A DNA stretch of 64,000 nucleotides from Bdellovibrionales bacterium (GTDB taxonomy: Bacteria > Bdellovibrionota > Bdellovibrionia > Bdellovibrionales > UBA1609): the NCBI GenBank assembly GCA_965205945.1, contig CBDBIB010000003.1:736394-800393 (forward strand), read 5' to 3'. Positions within the stretch are counted from its first letter, which is position 1. Each line of letters begins with the position of its first letter. The notes beneath the pieces were generated by a model. The model was not told the origin of the DNA. It saw only the letters and a list, made by a program, of their open reading frames with translations, and did not search any database. The position numbers were made by a program, and so were the translations under genes. This document shows positions 10,050 through 20,662 of this stretch, piece after piece.

Positions 10050-11000
10050 TTAATTATTCTTAATTTCTAGAACAAGCTTTCCGGCAACTTTGCTTTTTTC
10101 ACTCATTAAGTGAGCGTTTTTAATCTGATGGAATGGAAAGATTTTTGCAATTACTGGTTTAAGTACTTCGGCTTCAACAAATTTTTTGAGTGTATTAAGA
10201 TCCTGACTATTGGGTTTAACAATGACTGCATATGCTTTTTGTTTTCTAAATATATTAAGCAGTGGCATACCCAGAACGGAGCTAAAGGTTACACGGGTAG
10301 TAACATAGGTTCCTGAGGGCTTTAAACATTGGCCGATAGTATGGTACTTTTGGTTACCAACCGCATCAAGAAAGACATCATAGGTCGTAAGGCCTGTTAA
10401 AAAATTTCCTGCAGTATAGTCGATGACATGATCGCATCCTAATTGTGTGGCCAATTTAATATTTCGGGAACTGCATACGCCAGTAACCATACACCCTAAG
10501 GCTTTTGCAATTTGTATTGCAGCACTACCAACACCGCCTGAGCAACCATTGACAAGAACATGATGATCTGGTCTTACACCTGCCTTATTAATCAGTAACT
10601 GTAAAGCAGTCAAACCAACTAATGGTATGGATGCAGCTTCGACATCATTTAAATTCCATGGGGCGTATGTAATATTATTTTCTTTAGTCAGCAGGTATTC
10701 AGCGTATGCACCACCCTTGACAGGGTCAAGGGAACCCCAAACTCGATCCCCCTTCTTAAATTGCAAACAATTTGCTCCAACATCAGCAACTACACCAGAA
10801 AAATCACAACCTAATACCTTTGGAGGTTTTTTTTTCCCTAAGGGTTTAATATCGCCTTTTCGTATTTTCCAATCGATGGGATTGATCGAACACGCATGAA
10901 CTTTAACAAGTAGTTGATCATTTTTAGGAACAGGATCTTTTAGGCTTTTTATTTTAAGGCAACTTACTTCACCATATCCAGTTGTGTAGATTGTTTTCAT
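10050..11000 (-). CDS. NAD(P)-dependent medium-chain dehydrogenase/quinone oxidoreductase family
   Basis: SINPIDWK, LGCDFSG, GAYAEY, NGCSGGVG, GKLVL. Confidence 0.9.
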   Translation of the reverse strand: MKTIYTTGYGEVSCLKIKSLKDPVPKNDQLLVKVHACSINPIDWKIRKGDIKPLGKKKPPKVLGCDFSGVVADVGANCLQFKKGDRVWGSLDPVKGGAYAEYLLTKENNITYAPWNLNDVEAASIPLVGLTALQLLINKAGVRPDHHVLVNGCSGGVGSAAIQIAKALGCMVTGVCSSRNIKLATQLGCDHVIDYTAGNFLTGLTTYDVFLDAVGNQKYHTIGQCLKPSGTYVTTRVTFSSVLGMPLLNIFRKQKAYAVIVKPNSQDLNTLKKFVEAEVLKPVIAKIFPFHQIKNAHLMSEKSKVAGKLVLEIKNN

Positions 11001-11139
11001 GATTTACCCCGTCTATTTATGTTAATATAAAACTTAGAGTTTTTATTTTTCTTGGAAAAAAACAAACACTCTACTCATATAACTAAATTGATTCTTTTTT
11101 CATATTTCAATGGATTTTTATAATCAATTAAGGAGTGCA

Positions 11140-11352
11140 ATTTTTCTGTATTACTCTAAACTTTAATGTATTTAAGACATTTTACAATTCATAAAAAATA
11201 TAATGCATCGTTATGCAAATAAATTTAAAGAAACTGGTGTTTTAGTGGTAACAGAGTTTGGAGGATTAAGGGGCTTTAAGTTTAACCCGAAGGTATTTAC
11301 TTTTGTTATAATTAAAAAATCTTTTAAGAGTGATTTTAGATTTTTAATTTAA
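11140..11352 (+). pseudogene. Decayed winged-helix gene resembling 21018-21350
   Basis: 11203-11352 reads MHRYANKFKETGVLVVTEFGGLRGFKFNPK versus KQLEKFEGAGVLVAVEVGRSRVFEFNPR. Confidence 0.5.
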
Positions 11353-11462
11353 AGAATACACATTTGTTTTTAGAAAGAGATTTTGATTGGAGCAAAACAT
11401 TAAAAAATCTATTTCTCATTAATTTAATGAAACTTTATTCCTTAAATCTAATTTTTTCTGAT

Positions 11463-12989
11463 TTATTTTAAGTATTTTTTTTCAGATTCTTTAACTATAG
11501 AGTTCATCATCCAAAAAACTTTATGAGTTCCGTAACAAATATACAAAAGTATGGGGCCTGTAAATAAAATAACAAGGTTCTTAATAAGTAAAGCTCCTCC
11601 GAAAAAAAGAAGAACCGCAGCTAAAGCCCCTTCCATAATAGACCAATAAATTTTAAGGTACTTATGGGGGGCAAGCTTCCCACCTGAGGTAATCATGTCC
11701 ACAACAAAAGAGCTGGAATCAGAAGAGGTGACGTAAAAAATAAGAATACTAATAACAGCAAGAATAGAACCTACTAGCGGAAAGGCTCCAAAATTTAAAA
11801 CAGTAAAGAGAGAATTTTGTGGTGCCACCTGTACTAAAGGCTCCATGTCAACAGAGCCACTTTGATGTAATTCGTATCCAGCATAGCCAAATACAGTGAA
11901 CCAGATAAGGCAAATCATAGAAGGAATAAGTATAGTGCAAAGAATATACTCTCGTACAGTACGTCCTTTTGATATACGGGCAATAAAAAGTCCAACAAAA
12001 GGGGTCCATGAGGCCCACCAAGCCCAGTATAAAATAGTCCAATTCTGAATCCATGTTTTATCTTCAAAGGCTGCTGTATAGGTCAGATTTTTAAAAAAAT
12101 CAGAAATATGTAAGCCTACAGCTTGAATGTTAGCCCCCATAAGTTTAGCTAGAGGTAAGGTTGCTATAATTAATATAAAAAGACTTAGGGCTATATAGAT
12201 ATTAATTTGACTTAAGTACTTGATGCCTTTTTTTAAACCAGAAAAAACAGATATTGTAGCCAATACTGTTATAAGTAGAATAATAATAACTTGGATGTTT
12301 TTATTTACCGGAAGAGCAGGGAAAACTTTCTGGAGTCCTGCATTGATTTGAGCAACTCCTAAAGTAAAAGCGATGATAATTCCTATTAAAATTGAAAATA
12401 CGGCAAAAACATCTAAAGAATTTTTAAGATAAGAAAGCTTTTTAGGAATCAACTCAGAAAATATCATGGGCCGCTCTTGGTTGAATGTTACAAACGCAAA
12501 AATTAGTCCTGTAGAGCTATAGATAAGCCAGGCGGGAGCTCCCCAATGAAAATAAGTAATTTTTAAAGCGTGTAAAAAGCGCTCATTATCTGGAAAGTTA
12601 GAAATTTGAGGAGCATTAAAATAGTGAAACATAGGCTCATAAACTCCAGAGTAAAGTAGACCAATTCCAAGGCCTGCACTAAACAACATGGAAATCCAAC
12701 TCAATAAAGAAAATTCAGGTTGATCTGTTTTTTTTCCTAATTTTACATCACCAAATTTATATAAAATAAGAAAGATATAATATATCAGCCACAAAATAGA
12801 AAAAATGAAAAGCCAACCGAAATTATTTAAAAAAATATTTTTAACAATACCGGAACCCTTAGAGAAGCGTCCTCCATCCCACACAGTAAAAACTATAATG
12901 GAAAATAATAAAAGATTTGAATACCAGAAAACCTGAGGGTTTGTGATAGAATGAATAGTGTTTAGGAATGAGGATAATTTTTTTTTCAT
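11463..12989 (-). CDS. BCCT family (betaine/carnitine/choline) transporter
   Basis: SWISMLFSAGLGIG, YFHWG, WTILYWAWWASWTPFVGLFIARISKGRT. Confidence 0.95.
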   Translation of the reverse strand: MKKKLSSFLNTIHSITNPQVFWYSNLLLFSIIVFTVWDGGRFSKGSGIVKNIFLNNFGWLFIFSILWLIYYIFLILYKFGDVKLGKKTDQPEFSLLSWISMLFSAGLGIGLLYSGVYEPMFHYFNAPQISNFPDNERFLHALKITYFHWGAPAWLIYSSTGLIFAFVTFNQERPMIFSELIPKKLSYLKNSLDVFAVFSILIGIIIAFTLGVAQINAGLQKVFPALPVNKNIQVIIILLITVLATISVFSGLKKGIKYLSQINIYIALSLFILIIATLPLAKLMGANIQAVGLHISDFFKNLTYTAAFEDKTWIQNWTILYWAWWASWTPFVGLFIARISKGRTVREYILCTILIPSMICLIWFTVFGYAGYELHQSGSVDMEPLVQVAPQNSLFTVLNFGAFPLVGSILAVISILIFYVTSSDSSSFVVDMITSGGKLAPHKYLKIYWSIMEGALAAVLLFFGGALLIKNLVILFTGPILLYICYGTHKVFWMMNSIVKESEKKYLK

Positions 12990-13038
12990 AAGTGTTTTTA
13001 TGTTAATATTTGATTAAATCATACATCCCTGCTATATG

Positions 13039-13055
13039 ATTCGGAAAAGGCGAAT
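13039..13055. promoter_or_regulatory. Putative LysR operator ATTCG-N7-CGAAT
   Basis: attcggaaaaggcgaat between the divergent BCCT and LysR genes; contains T-N11-A. Confidence 0.55.
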
Positions 13056-13058
13056 TAT

Positions 13059-13970
13059 ATGGAATTTAAAGCAAATTGGAATCACCTGTACTGTTTTTAT
13101 GAAGTGGCTAAAACAAGCTCTTTACAGGTTGGAGCTTGTAATTTGGGTATATCATCAGCCACGGCAAGTGAAAAGATTAAAAGGCTTGAAGCAAGCTTGA
13201 AGCAAAAGTTGTTTGACCGTTCTCAAAAGAAAATGAATTTAACTAAAGAGGGCGTGTTCATGTTTGAAAATTGTAAAGAAATTTTTGAAATGGGTAAGCG
13301 TTTAATTGACGCTAGTATTAAGAAAAAGGTTGTTGGGTATTCTGTTCGTGTTGGAATACAAGATTCAGTGTTAGGAAAGATTAGTATAAACTTTTTATCT
13401 CATTATTGGGATATTTTTAAGCCTTATGGAAGTGTCAATACACAGGCTTTTAAGTCTGCTGAAACCTTATTTCAAAATTTAATTAATTATCAGCTAGACT
13501 GGGTTATAACGGTGAGCCCTGCTTTAGAAAAAGAAAGTAGTTTAAATTGTCTGGAAATAGGAGCTTTTAAGGTTATTTTGTGTGGTTCCCAAAAGTTATT
13601 AAGAGAACAAAATATTTCTAGCCAAGATTTAATTTATAATTACCCTTTGGTTCGCCTTAATGATGATTATGCTGTAAATAACTCAATTAATAGCTTATTT
13701 AATGGTTTAAATATTCCTCTTAAAGGTATTATTGAAACAGATCATTTTGATTTAATGGTTAATCTTATTTTTAGAGGAAGAGCCTTAGGTTTTCTCCCCC
13801 AAGTATACGTTAAGGAAAATATCATAGTCTATGATATAGCTCCATTATCAGATATACCTGCTTTTAAAGTGCCTCTTTATCTAACCTATAGACTCAGAGA
13901 TGACAATATGGTGGCTGTAAAGGAGGCTCATAATCTTGCAATTTCTTTTTTAAAGCGCCTTCCTTTTTAA
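13059..13970 (+). CDS. LysR-family regulator (NhaR-like N-terminus)
   Basis: NWNHLYCFYEVAK, IKRLEASLKQKLFDR, LTKEG. Confidence 0.9.
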   Translation: MEFKANWNHLYCFYEVAKTSSLQVGACNLGISSATASEKIKRLEASLKQKLFDRSQKKMNLTKEGVFMFENCKEIFEMGKRLIDASIKKKVVGYSVRVGIQDSVLGKISINFLSHYWDIFKPYGSVNTQAFKSAETLFQNLINYQLDWVITVSPALEKESSLNCLEIGAFKVILCGSQKLLREQNISSQDLIYNYPLVRLNDDYAVNNSINSLFNGLNIPLKGIIETDHFDLMVNLIFRGRALGFLPQVYVKENIIVYDIAPLSDIPAFKVPLYLTYRLRDDNMVAVKEAHNLAISFLKRLPF

Positions 13971-13987
13971 ATTCGGTTTATACGAAT
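13971..13987. promoter_or_regulatory. Second ATTCG-N7-CGAAT site
   Basis: attcggtttatacgaat directly after the lysR stop codon. Confidence 0.45.
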
Positions 13988-14063
13988 ACAGGTGTTCTTT
14001 CTGACACAGTTTAGACTTTCTTAGAAAGAAGGCAATTAAAATGCCTTAAAAGGAAAGTAGTAA

Positions 14064-14144
14064 ATGAAAGCTAAAAATAAGACTGTAAAAATTTCAACGC
14101 TTTTTGGATATGCTAAGCAATTAAGAAACGTAACTACCGTTTAA
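14064..14144 (+). CDS. Putative 26-aa small protein MKAKNKTVKISTLFGYAKQLRNVTTV
   Basis: AAGGA RBS upstream; lies downstream of the second operator-like site. Confidence 0.3.
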   Translation: MKAKNKTVKISTLFGYAKQLRNVTTV

Positions 14145-14250
14145 AAATTTAGGTTACGATTAATGCTAGCCTAACTGCCTGAAAATAAAAAACATACTGA
14201 GAGTGACGACGTGCGGAGAGTTTGTAGTTTATACTGCTGAATTTTACAAT

Positions 14251-14790
14251 CTAGTAAACAGGTGTAATGCTAAAGTCTCTTTGCTTTAAAAGCTCAAGGG
14301 TGCTGTCTTCAACGATTAGGTGTTCTGCTCCAACTGCAATAAAAGTTTGTCCTTTTGTTACACTATCCTTAATTTTTGGAATTCAAGTGATATTTCTCTG
14401 TTTTAAAAGAAGATCGTATTGCCAAATTTCCATTAAACCGTTATTTCCTTTTGTTCTAAGCTTTTGTTCTAAGCAAACTAAATTAGAAATTTGATAGCAG
14501 TCATAGAGGCCTGGTTAATTTTAATATTTTTGTACTTTAGAGTAATCTTTTAGATTGCTAAAGATTTTTGTCATTTTGATAACGTTTCTTCTAGTAAGTA
14601 ACTCTAGAGCTATTTTAATAACTAGTGTTGTTTAAGCCATGTCACCAGGCATTAAAGTATTGAGGTTAGTTTTAGGGTCTTTGTCTTTTACTTTTATAAA
14701 AGGATCCTTGCTAATTTTTTAAATGTTGACACAATTATTTTTTTAAAGGCGCCATTAAGAGAATCACTATTGAGCTGGTTTTTAGAAACA
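14251..14790 (-). pseudogene. TraB/GumN-family pseudogene
   Basis: Minus strand reads LLKQRNIT*IPKI...TFIAVGAEHLIVEDSTLELLKQ; TGA at 14383-14385 in place of the conserved Trp; more stops upstream; 5' end approximate. Confidence 0.7.
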
Positions 14791-15183
14791 ATCGTTAGTG
14801 ATCTAATTTTTTTAAGTTAAGAGTATAAAAAATATTTTTTAAATTTAAAAACTCATATTGAGTCGAAAGATATTTTTATATGAGCTGTCTCATTGCGAGT
14901 AAAATATAAATGACTAAAAACACAAAGATGATTTTTGAAAGTTGGGTTATGTTTAAACCATATTATTTAAACTTTGAGGGTGTTGATCTTAAAAAATTAT
15001 TAAGTGTACCATTTTTATAGGCTTAATTAGAGACAAAACACATAGAACATGCGGTTTAAATGTTAGGCTGTATTGTGGCTTTAATGAAATATATGAATAA
15101 AAAAATATTTAAAAAATAAAGCACTAGGAGTTTTGCCTTCTATAAATATTTTTAAGTTGGCTGTAATTTAACAGGGAGAAAGT

Positions 15184-18100
15184 ATGAAGATAGCAAATGT
15201 AATCTTAATAACCATTGGATTGACTTTAGCTTTATTAGGGTGCAATCAAAACCTTCTTACTAATGAAGAAAACTCTTTAATTGGAAATATTTTTGATAAT
15301 GATACGATACTTAATCTTTCTTTTAGCTCTTCTCTTCCTGATATCACATCAAAAAACTCAGAGGTTTACCCATTAAGTGGTATATGTGATCCTGCTTCTG
15401 GGAGCGTAACTATTGTTGTAGACTCTTCTAATATTACAAAAAAATTTCCGTGTAATTTAAAAGGATTCTTTTCAGGGGTAATAGATTTAAGAAAAGTAGT
15501 TTCGACTACCCCTAAAATTTTAGCAACTCAAGGAGAATTAAAAACTTCAGATTCAGTGCTAAATGATCAAACTGGCCCAGCATCAGCTCCTATAGCAATT
15601 GCGCCAGGAAGATACGTTGGAGGCGACTATTATAATTTATCTATTTTATGCAATGAGCCTGGAGAAGTAGTGAGTATTAGTGGGGAAGGTATCGATCCAG
15701 ACACACAAGTCTATACTTGTACTAATAGTGGAGCAGAAGATTTTCCGTTAATGTTAGCAAATCTAATACAGACTAGTAACCCTAATAACTTAATAACCTC
15801 ATCAACTGATGAATATAAAAACCCCTCATCTGCAACAACAATAGTAAATGTTCCAATAGATAATGTAGCACCTATAGTAGCTATACAAGAAGGTGCCAAT
15901 ATAATTCAAGGGCAAGCAGCAAACTTTACTATTACAATTACTGATCAAAATATTTCAACACTTAATTATACTGTAAACACATCTGGTGCAGAACAAAGAT
16001 CTTATTCTTGTACTTTAAACCCTTGTTTTATAACTACAGGAATAATCTCATCAGTGGGTCAACTAACATTAACTGTAGCAGCCAATGCTGTAACAGATGA
16101 TGTTAACAATACAGGCGACAGTGTTTTAAAATCAAAAAGTCTTACAGTAATTGCAGCAGGAGATTTAAGCTTTAATAACCCACTTGATACAATCAATACT
16201 CTAAATGCGAGCTCTTATCCTGTAACAGGAGTTTGTGATGACGATTTAGGTGATGTTATAGTAACAGTAGGTCCAACAATAAGTGAAAGTATTTCATGTG
16301 ATTCTCCAGGAGTATTTAATGGGAATATTAATCTAAGCGGTGTAGCTTTAAACCCAGCACCAATTCATGTAACTCAAGGTGTAAAAACTGCGGATACTAA
16401 TTCAGTAAATGATCAAACTCCTCTTTCTAGTGCTCCAACAGTAGCAGATCAAACTTATAAAAATGGAGAAGATATAACACTAGCTTTAAATTGTAATGAA
16501 GCTGGAGAGATGGTGACATTTACAAGTGTATCATTAATGCCAAATCCACAAATGCACACTTGTTTAACTCCAGGATCTGAAAATGTAACATTTTATTTTG
16601 TAGCAGGGCAAGAAACCTTAAATCCAAATAATGTTATAGTAAGTTCTGTAGATGTAAATGGTAACCCAACAACAAACTCCACTGAGTTTAACTTACCAAT
16701 AGATAATGTAGCACCTACAGTCGCTATACAAGAAGGTGCCAATATAATTCAAGGGCAAGCAGCAAACTTTACTATTACAATTACTGATCAAAATATTTCA
16801 ACACTTAATTATACTGTAAACACATCTGGTGCAGAACAAAGATCTTATTCTTGTACTTTAAACCCTTGTTTTATAACTACAGGAATAATCTCATCAGTGG
16901 GTCAACTAACATTAACTGTAGCAGCCAATGCTGTAACAGATGATGTTAACAATACAGGCGACAGTGTTTTAAAATCAAAAAGCCTTACAGTAATTGCAGC
17001 AGGAGATTTAAGCTTTAATAACCCACTTGATACAATCAATACTCTAAATGCGAGCTCTTATCCTGTAACAGGAGTTTGTGATGGAGCTTTAGGTGATGTT
17101 ATAGTAACAGTAGGTCCAACAATAAGTGAAGATATTCCATGTAATTCTGGAACATTTAGTATTGATCTTAATCTAAGCAGTGTGACTTTAAACCCAGCAC
17201 CAATTCATATAACTCAAGGTGTAAACACTGCTAATGCTAATCCAGTAAATGATCAAACTCCTCTTTCTAGTGCTCCAACAGTAGCAGATCAAACTTATAA
17301 AAATGGAGAAGATATAACACTAGCTCTAAATTGTAATGAAGCTGGAGAGATGGTGACATTTACAAGTATATCATTAATGCCAAACCCACAAATGCACACT
17401 TGTCAAAGTCAGGGGCCTGAAAATGTAACATTTTATTTTGTAGCAGGGCAAGAAACCTTAAATCCAAATAATGTTATAGTAAGTTCTGTAGATGTAAATG
17501 GTAACCCAACAACAAACTCCACTGAGTTTAACTTACCAATAGATAATGTAGCACCTACAGTCGCTATACAAGAAGGTGCCAATATAATTCAAGGGCAAGC
17601 AGCAAACTTTACTATTACAATTACTGATCAAAATATTTCAACACTTAATTATACTGTAAACACATCTGGTGCAGAACAAAGATCTTATTCTTGTACTTTA
17701 AACCCTTGTTTTATAACTACAGGAATAATCTCATCAGTGGGTCAACTAACATTAACTGTAGCAGCCAATGCTGTAACAGATGATGTTAACAATACAGGCG
17801 ACAGTGTTTTAAAATCAAAAAGTCTTACAGTAATTGCAGCAGGAGATTTAAGCTTTAATAACCCACTTGATACAATCAATACTCTAAATGCGAGCTCTTA
17901 TCCTGTAACAGGAGTTTGTGATGGAGCTTTAGGTGATGTTACAGTAACAGTAGGTCTAACAATAAGCGAAGATATTCCATGTAATTCTGGAACATTTAGT
18001 ATTGATCTTAATCTAAGCAGTGTGACTTTAAACCCAGCATCAATTCATGTAATTCAAGGTGTAAAAACTGCTAATGCTAATCCAGTAAATGATCAAACTC

Positions 18101-20106
18101 CTCTTTCTAGTGCTCCAACAGTAGCAGATCAAACTTATAAAAATGGAGAAGATATAACACTAGCTTTAAATTGTAATGAAGCTGGAGAGATGGTGACATT
18201 TACAAGTGTATCATTAATGCCAAATCCACAAATGCACACTTGTTTAACTCCAGGATCTGAAAATGTAACATTTTATTTTGTAGCAGGGCAAGAAACCTTA
18301 AATCCAAATAATGTTATAGTAAGTTCTGTAGATGTAAATGGTAACCCAACAACAAACTCCACTGAGTTTAACTTACCAATAGATAATGTGGCACCTACAG
18401 TAACTGTAGCAGCAGAAGGAAATATTGTAGAAGGAAATAGTGCAAACTTTACAATAACAGTAAGTGATGGAACCGATTTTATAGCATTTACACCTACACC
18501 AAGCTCAGGAACGATAAGTTCTGGTGTTTGTTCTCAAACGCCATGTCAAGTAACTGTAGATGGGGCAACTGTAGGTACGCTTATTTTAACGGTAAATGCA
18601 GGTGATGTGGTAGATGCGGCAGGAAACACAAACGCCGCACCTACAAGTGATAACTTGGCAGTGAGTATTCCACAAATACTAGGGGTCATAGTGTCGTCAA
18701 CTGATGGGGATAGTGATACATGGTACGAAGATTTAGATACAGTTTCTATTCAGGTACAATATGATGCCGACGTTGTGCTTGACACTTCCAGTGGAACACC
18801 AATTATCCAGGTTACCTTATCTAGTGGAACTAAAACAGCTATATATTCTCAAGGCTCAGGCTCTCGGAATTTAGATTTTACAATACCTGTTGTAAATAAC
18901 GATTATCAATGCAGTGGGATTTTAGCTTTAGGGGGTATGAATTTAAATGGTGGTATAATTAAAAGTAGTCTAGGTGGAACTGTCAACAATTCTGGTTTAC
19001 CGTCTTCTGTGAGTGGAGCAAAGATAGATGCTAAGAGCCCTACTGCTCCAAGTGCGCTATCCAATGATCCGACTAATGCGTTTAACAATTTTTCTAGTGA
19101 GTTAAGTTGGGTTCAAGGCACTGATGAATGTGAGCTTTCAGTTGAATATGGATTTGGAACTAGCCCAGGAGCATTGGATGCTCAAAACTATATAAATATA
19201 GGTTCAGTAGAAGCCTACCAAGCACAAAGTGGTAATAATTCAGCTTTATTTAATTTACTTGCAAATACTAATTATTACACATCGATTAGATCTGTAGATG
19301 ATGCTGGAAATATGTCACAAGAAGAAAATAGTTTAGCATGGAGTTTTGCATGCTTAGAGCCATGGGGGGGTATAAGTAGACTTGTTTCTCTAGACAGTTC
19401 AAATGAAGAGTCTATTTTTGATATAAATAATATAGACGCATCAGATACTAGTTTTGATGGTTTGGTTAATAGGTGGGAAGATCAAAGTGGAAACAACAAC
19501 CATCTAGAAGCACCTTCGCTTTCAGCAAGACCAAGTTATAACTATGACGGTTTAAGTTCAGGATTAGATTCCTATGTTCAAGGTGATGGAGAAGATGATA
19601 CCTTAGTAAAAGATATTGATGATATTTCAACAGACTTTACATTTTATTATGTATTAAATGCGTTAAGCACAGGGCCTCGTGAATTTGAAAGTTATTTTAG
19701 TAATACTGATAACAAAGAAAGCACTGGAAGTTTTCAATTAGATATTGGTGGATCAACGAGAGGGTGTAGCAATAAATTTAGAGTACTTTTAAGGCACACT
19801 TTTGGAGTTCTTCCTGTTAGTATTTGTGGCGCTGACTACACTACAGGAAAACATGTATTTGTAGTTGACTATAACTCTGCAAATACCTCAATGTCTTTCT
19901 CTATAGATGGAGTAGAATATGGCAGTTATAACAGCCTTATAAGTGCTCCAATTTTTAGATGGTTGAGGCTGTTTCAGAATAGAGAAGGGATGCAGTTTCA
20001 AGAAGCTCAGGTGCTAGAGTTAAATCTAGTAACTCAAGGTTTAAATAGTAGTCAACGGGATGCAATATCTGAGTACTTAGTTTGTAAGTGGAATGTGCAG
20101 TTATAA
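15184..20106 (+). CDS. Large repetitive surface lipoprotein/adhesin with Ig-like repeats and a C-terminal LamG/ConA-like domain
   Basis: Lipobox LLGC; DNVAP motifs; VNRWEDQSGNNNH motif in the C-terminal domain. Confidence 0.8.
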   Translation: MKIANVILITIGLTLALLGCNQNLLTNEENSLIGNIFDNDTILNLSFSSSLPDITSKNSEVYPLSGICDPASGSVTIVVDSSNITKKFPCNLKGFFSGVIDLRKVVSTTPKILATQGELKTSDSVLNDQTGPASAPIAIAPGRYVGGDYYNLSILCNEPGEVVSISGEGIDPDTQVYTCTNSGAEDFPLMLANLIQTSNPNNLITSSTDEYKNPSSATTIVNVPIDNVAPIVAIQEGANIIQGQAANFTITITDQNISTLNYTVNTSGAEQRSYSCTLNPCFITTGIISSVGQLTLTVAANAVTDDVNNTGDSVLKSKSLTVIAAGDLSFNNPLDTINTLNASSYPVTGVCDDDLGDVIVTVGPTISESISCDSPGVFNGNINLSGVALNPAPIHVTQGVKTADTNSVNDQTPLSSAPTVADQTYKNGEDITLALNCNEAGEMVTFTSVSLMPNPQMHTCLTPGSENVTFYFVAGQETLNPNNVIVSSVDVNGNPTTNSTEFNLPIDNVAPTVAIQEGANIIQGQAANFTITITDQNISTLNYTVNTSGAEQRSYSCTLNPCFITTGIISSVGQLTLTVAANAVTDDVNNTGDSVLKSKSLTVIAAGDLSFNNPLDTINTLNASSYPVTGVCDGALGDVIVTVGPTISEDIPCNSGTFSIDLNLSSVTLNPAPIHITQGVNTANANPVNDQTPLSSAPTVADQTYKNGEDITLALNCNEAGEMVTFTSISLMPNPQMHTCQSQGPENVTFYFVAGQETLNPNNVIVSSVDVNGNPTTNSTEFNLPIDNVAPTVAIQEGANIIQGQAANFTITITDQNISTLNYTVNTSGAEQRSYSCTLNPCFITTGIISSVGQLTLTVAANAVTDDVNNTGDSVLKSKSLTVIAAGDLSFNNPLDTINTLNASSYPVTGVCDGALGDVTVTVGLTISEDIPCNSGTFSIDLNLSSVTLNPASIHVIQGVKTANANPVNDQTPLSSAPTVADQTYKNGEDITLALNCNEAGEMVTFTSVSLMPNPQMHTCLTPGSENVTFYFVAGQETLNPNNVIVSSVDVNGNPTTNSTEFNLPIDNVAPTVTVAAEGNIVEGNSANFTITVSDGTDFIAFTPTPSSGTISSGVCSQTPCQVTVDGATVGTLILTVNAGDVVDAAGNTNAAPTSDNLAVSIPQILGVIVSSTDGDSDTWYEDLDTVSIQVQYDADVVLDTSSGTPIIQVTLSSGTKTAIYSQGSGSRNLDFTIPVVNNDYQCSGILALGGMNLNGGIIKSSLGGTVNNSGLPSSVSGAKIDAKSPTAPSALSNDPTNAFNNFSSELSWVQGTDECELSVEYGFGTSPGALDAQNYINIGSVEAYQAQSGNNSALFNLLANTNYYTSIRSVDDAGNMSQEENSLAWSFACLEPWGGISRLVSLDSSNEESIFDINNIDASDTSFDGLVNRWEDQSGNNNHLEAPSLSARPSYNYDGLSSGLDSYVQGDGEDDTLVKDIDDISTDFTFYYVLNALSTGPREFESYFSNTDNKESTGSFQLDIGGSTRGCSNKFRVLLRHTFGVLPVSICGADYTTGKHVFVVDYNSANTSMSFSIDGVEYGSYNSLISAPIFRWLRLFQNREGMQFQEAQVLELNLVTQGLNSSQRDAISEYLVCKWNVQL
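15853..18375 (+). repeat. Three near-identical intragenic tandem repeats (843, 840, 840 bp)
   Basis: ccaatagataatgt recurs at 15853, 16696, 17536 and 18376. Confidence 0.95.
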
Positions 20107-20429
20107 CTTGATACTTGTTTGAGGCAGTGTCCGTCTTGATATATAGTTTACAAAAATTATACTGGAGACAAAGAGTCTTTTTAGTGGTTTTAGTAAGGGT
20201 GTTAAGTTTAAAGACATTTAAGCCTGAAGAGGTTTAAATTGTGGATTACTACTAATGGGGTATAAAAGAACTTGCCGTTCCATTTTTTTTTATTATTATC
20301 TATTTTAGAAACTTTAGAAAAGGTGCAAAATTTGCATTTTTATTTTTTTCAGACTTTCCGAAAAGAAAATATGAGTACTCCGGTCCATATCGGAGACATC
20401 GGTGGATTTAGTTTTATAATGACTGGTTT

Positions 20430-20662
20430 TAATCTGTTAAGTCTATCGCAGAAGACTTAGAGGTTGATTTAAAAACTGCAAAGAGGTGGATAGGTATATT
20501 AGACTTACTTTATTATTGTTTTGAAATTCCATCTTATGGGGCCTCAAAAATTAGAGCTGTTAAAAAGGAGCAAAAACTTTATATGTGGGACTGGAGTCAA
20601 ATCAAGGAGCTTGGGATTCGCTTTGAAAACATGGTGGCTTGTCAGCTCTTAAAATACTGTCA
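20430..20662 (+). pseudogene. AAA_14/DUF4143-type ATPase fragment
   Basis: SVKSIAEDLEVDLKTAKRWIGILDLL, frameshift, YYCFEIPSYGASKIRAVKKEQKLYMWDWS...RFENMVACQLLKYC. Confidence 0.7.

Noticed and set aside
14150..14250. Known riboswitch (glycine/TPP-like words ctgaga, ggagag)
   Set aside because: The remaining consensus elements and stems could not be found, and no intact gene follows on that strand.
14383..14385. TGA read as Trp (alternative genetic code)
   Set aside because: The same relic has TAA/TAG stops, and intact genes use TGG for Trp and TGA as stop.
15853..18375. CRISPR array or DGR template/variable repeats
   Set aside because: The units are 840-bp in-frame coding repeats with no spacers, no adenine-specific variation, and no cas or reverse transcriptase gene in the window.
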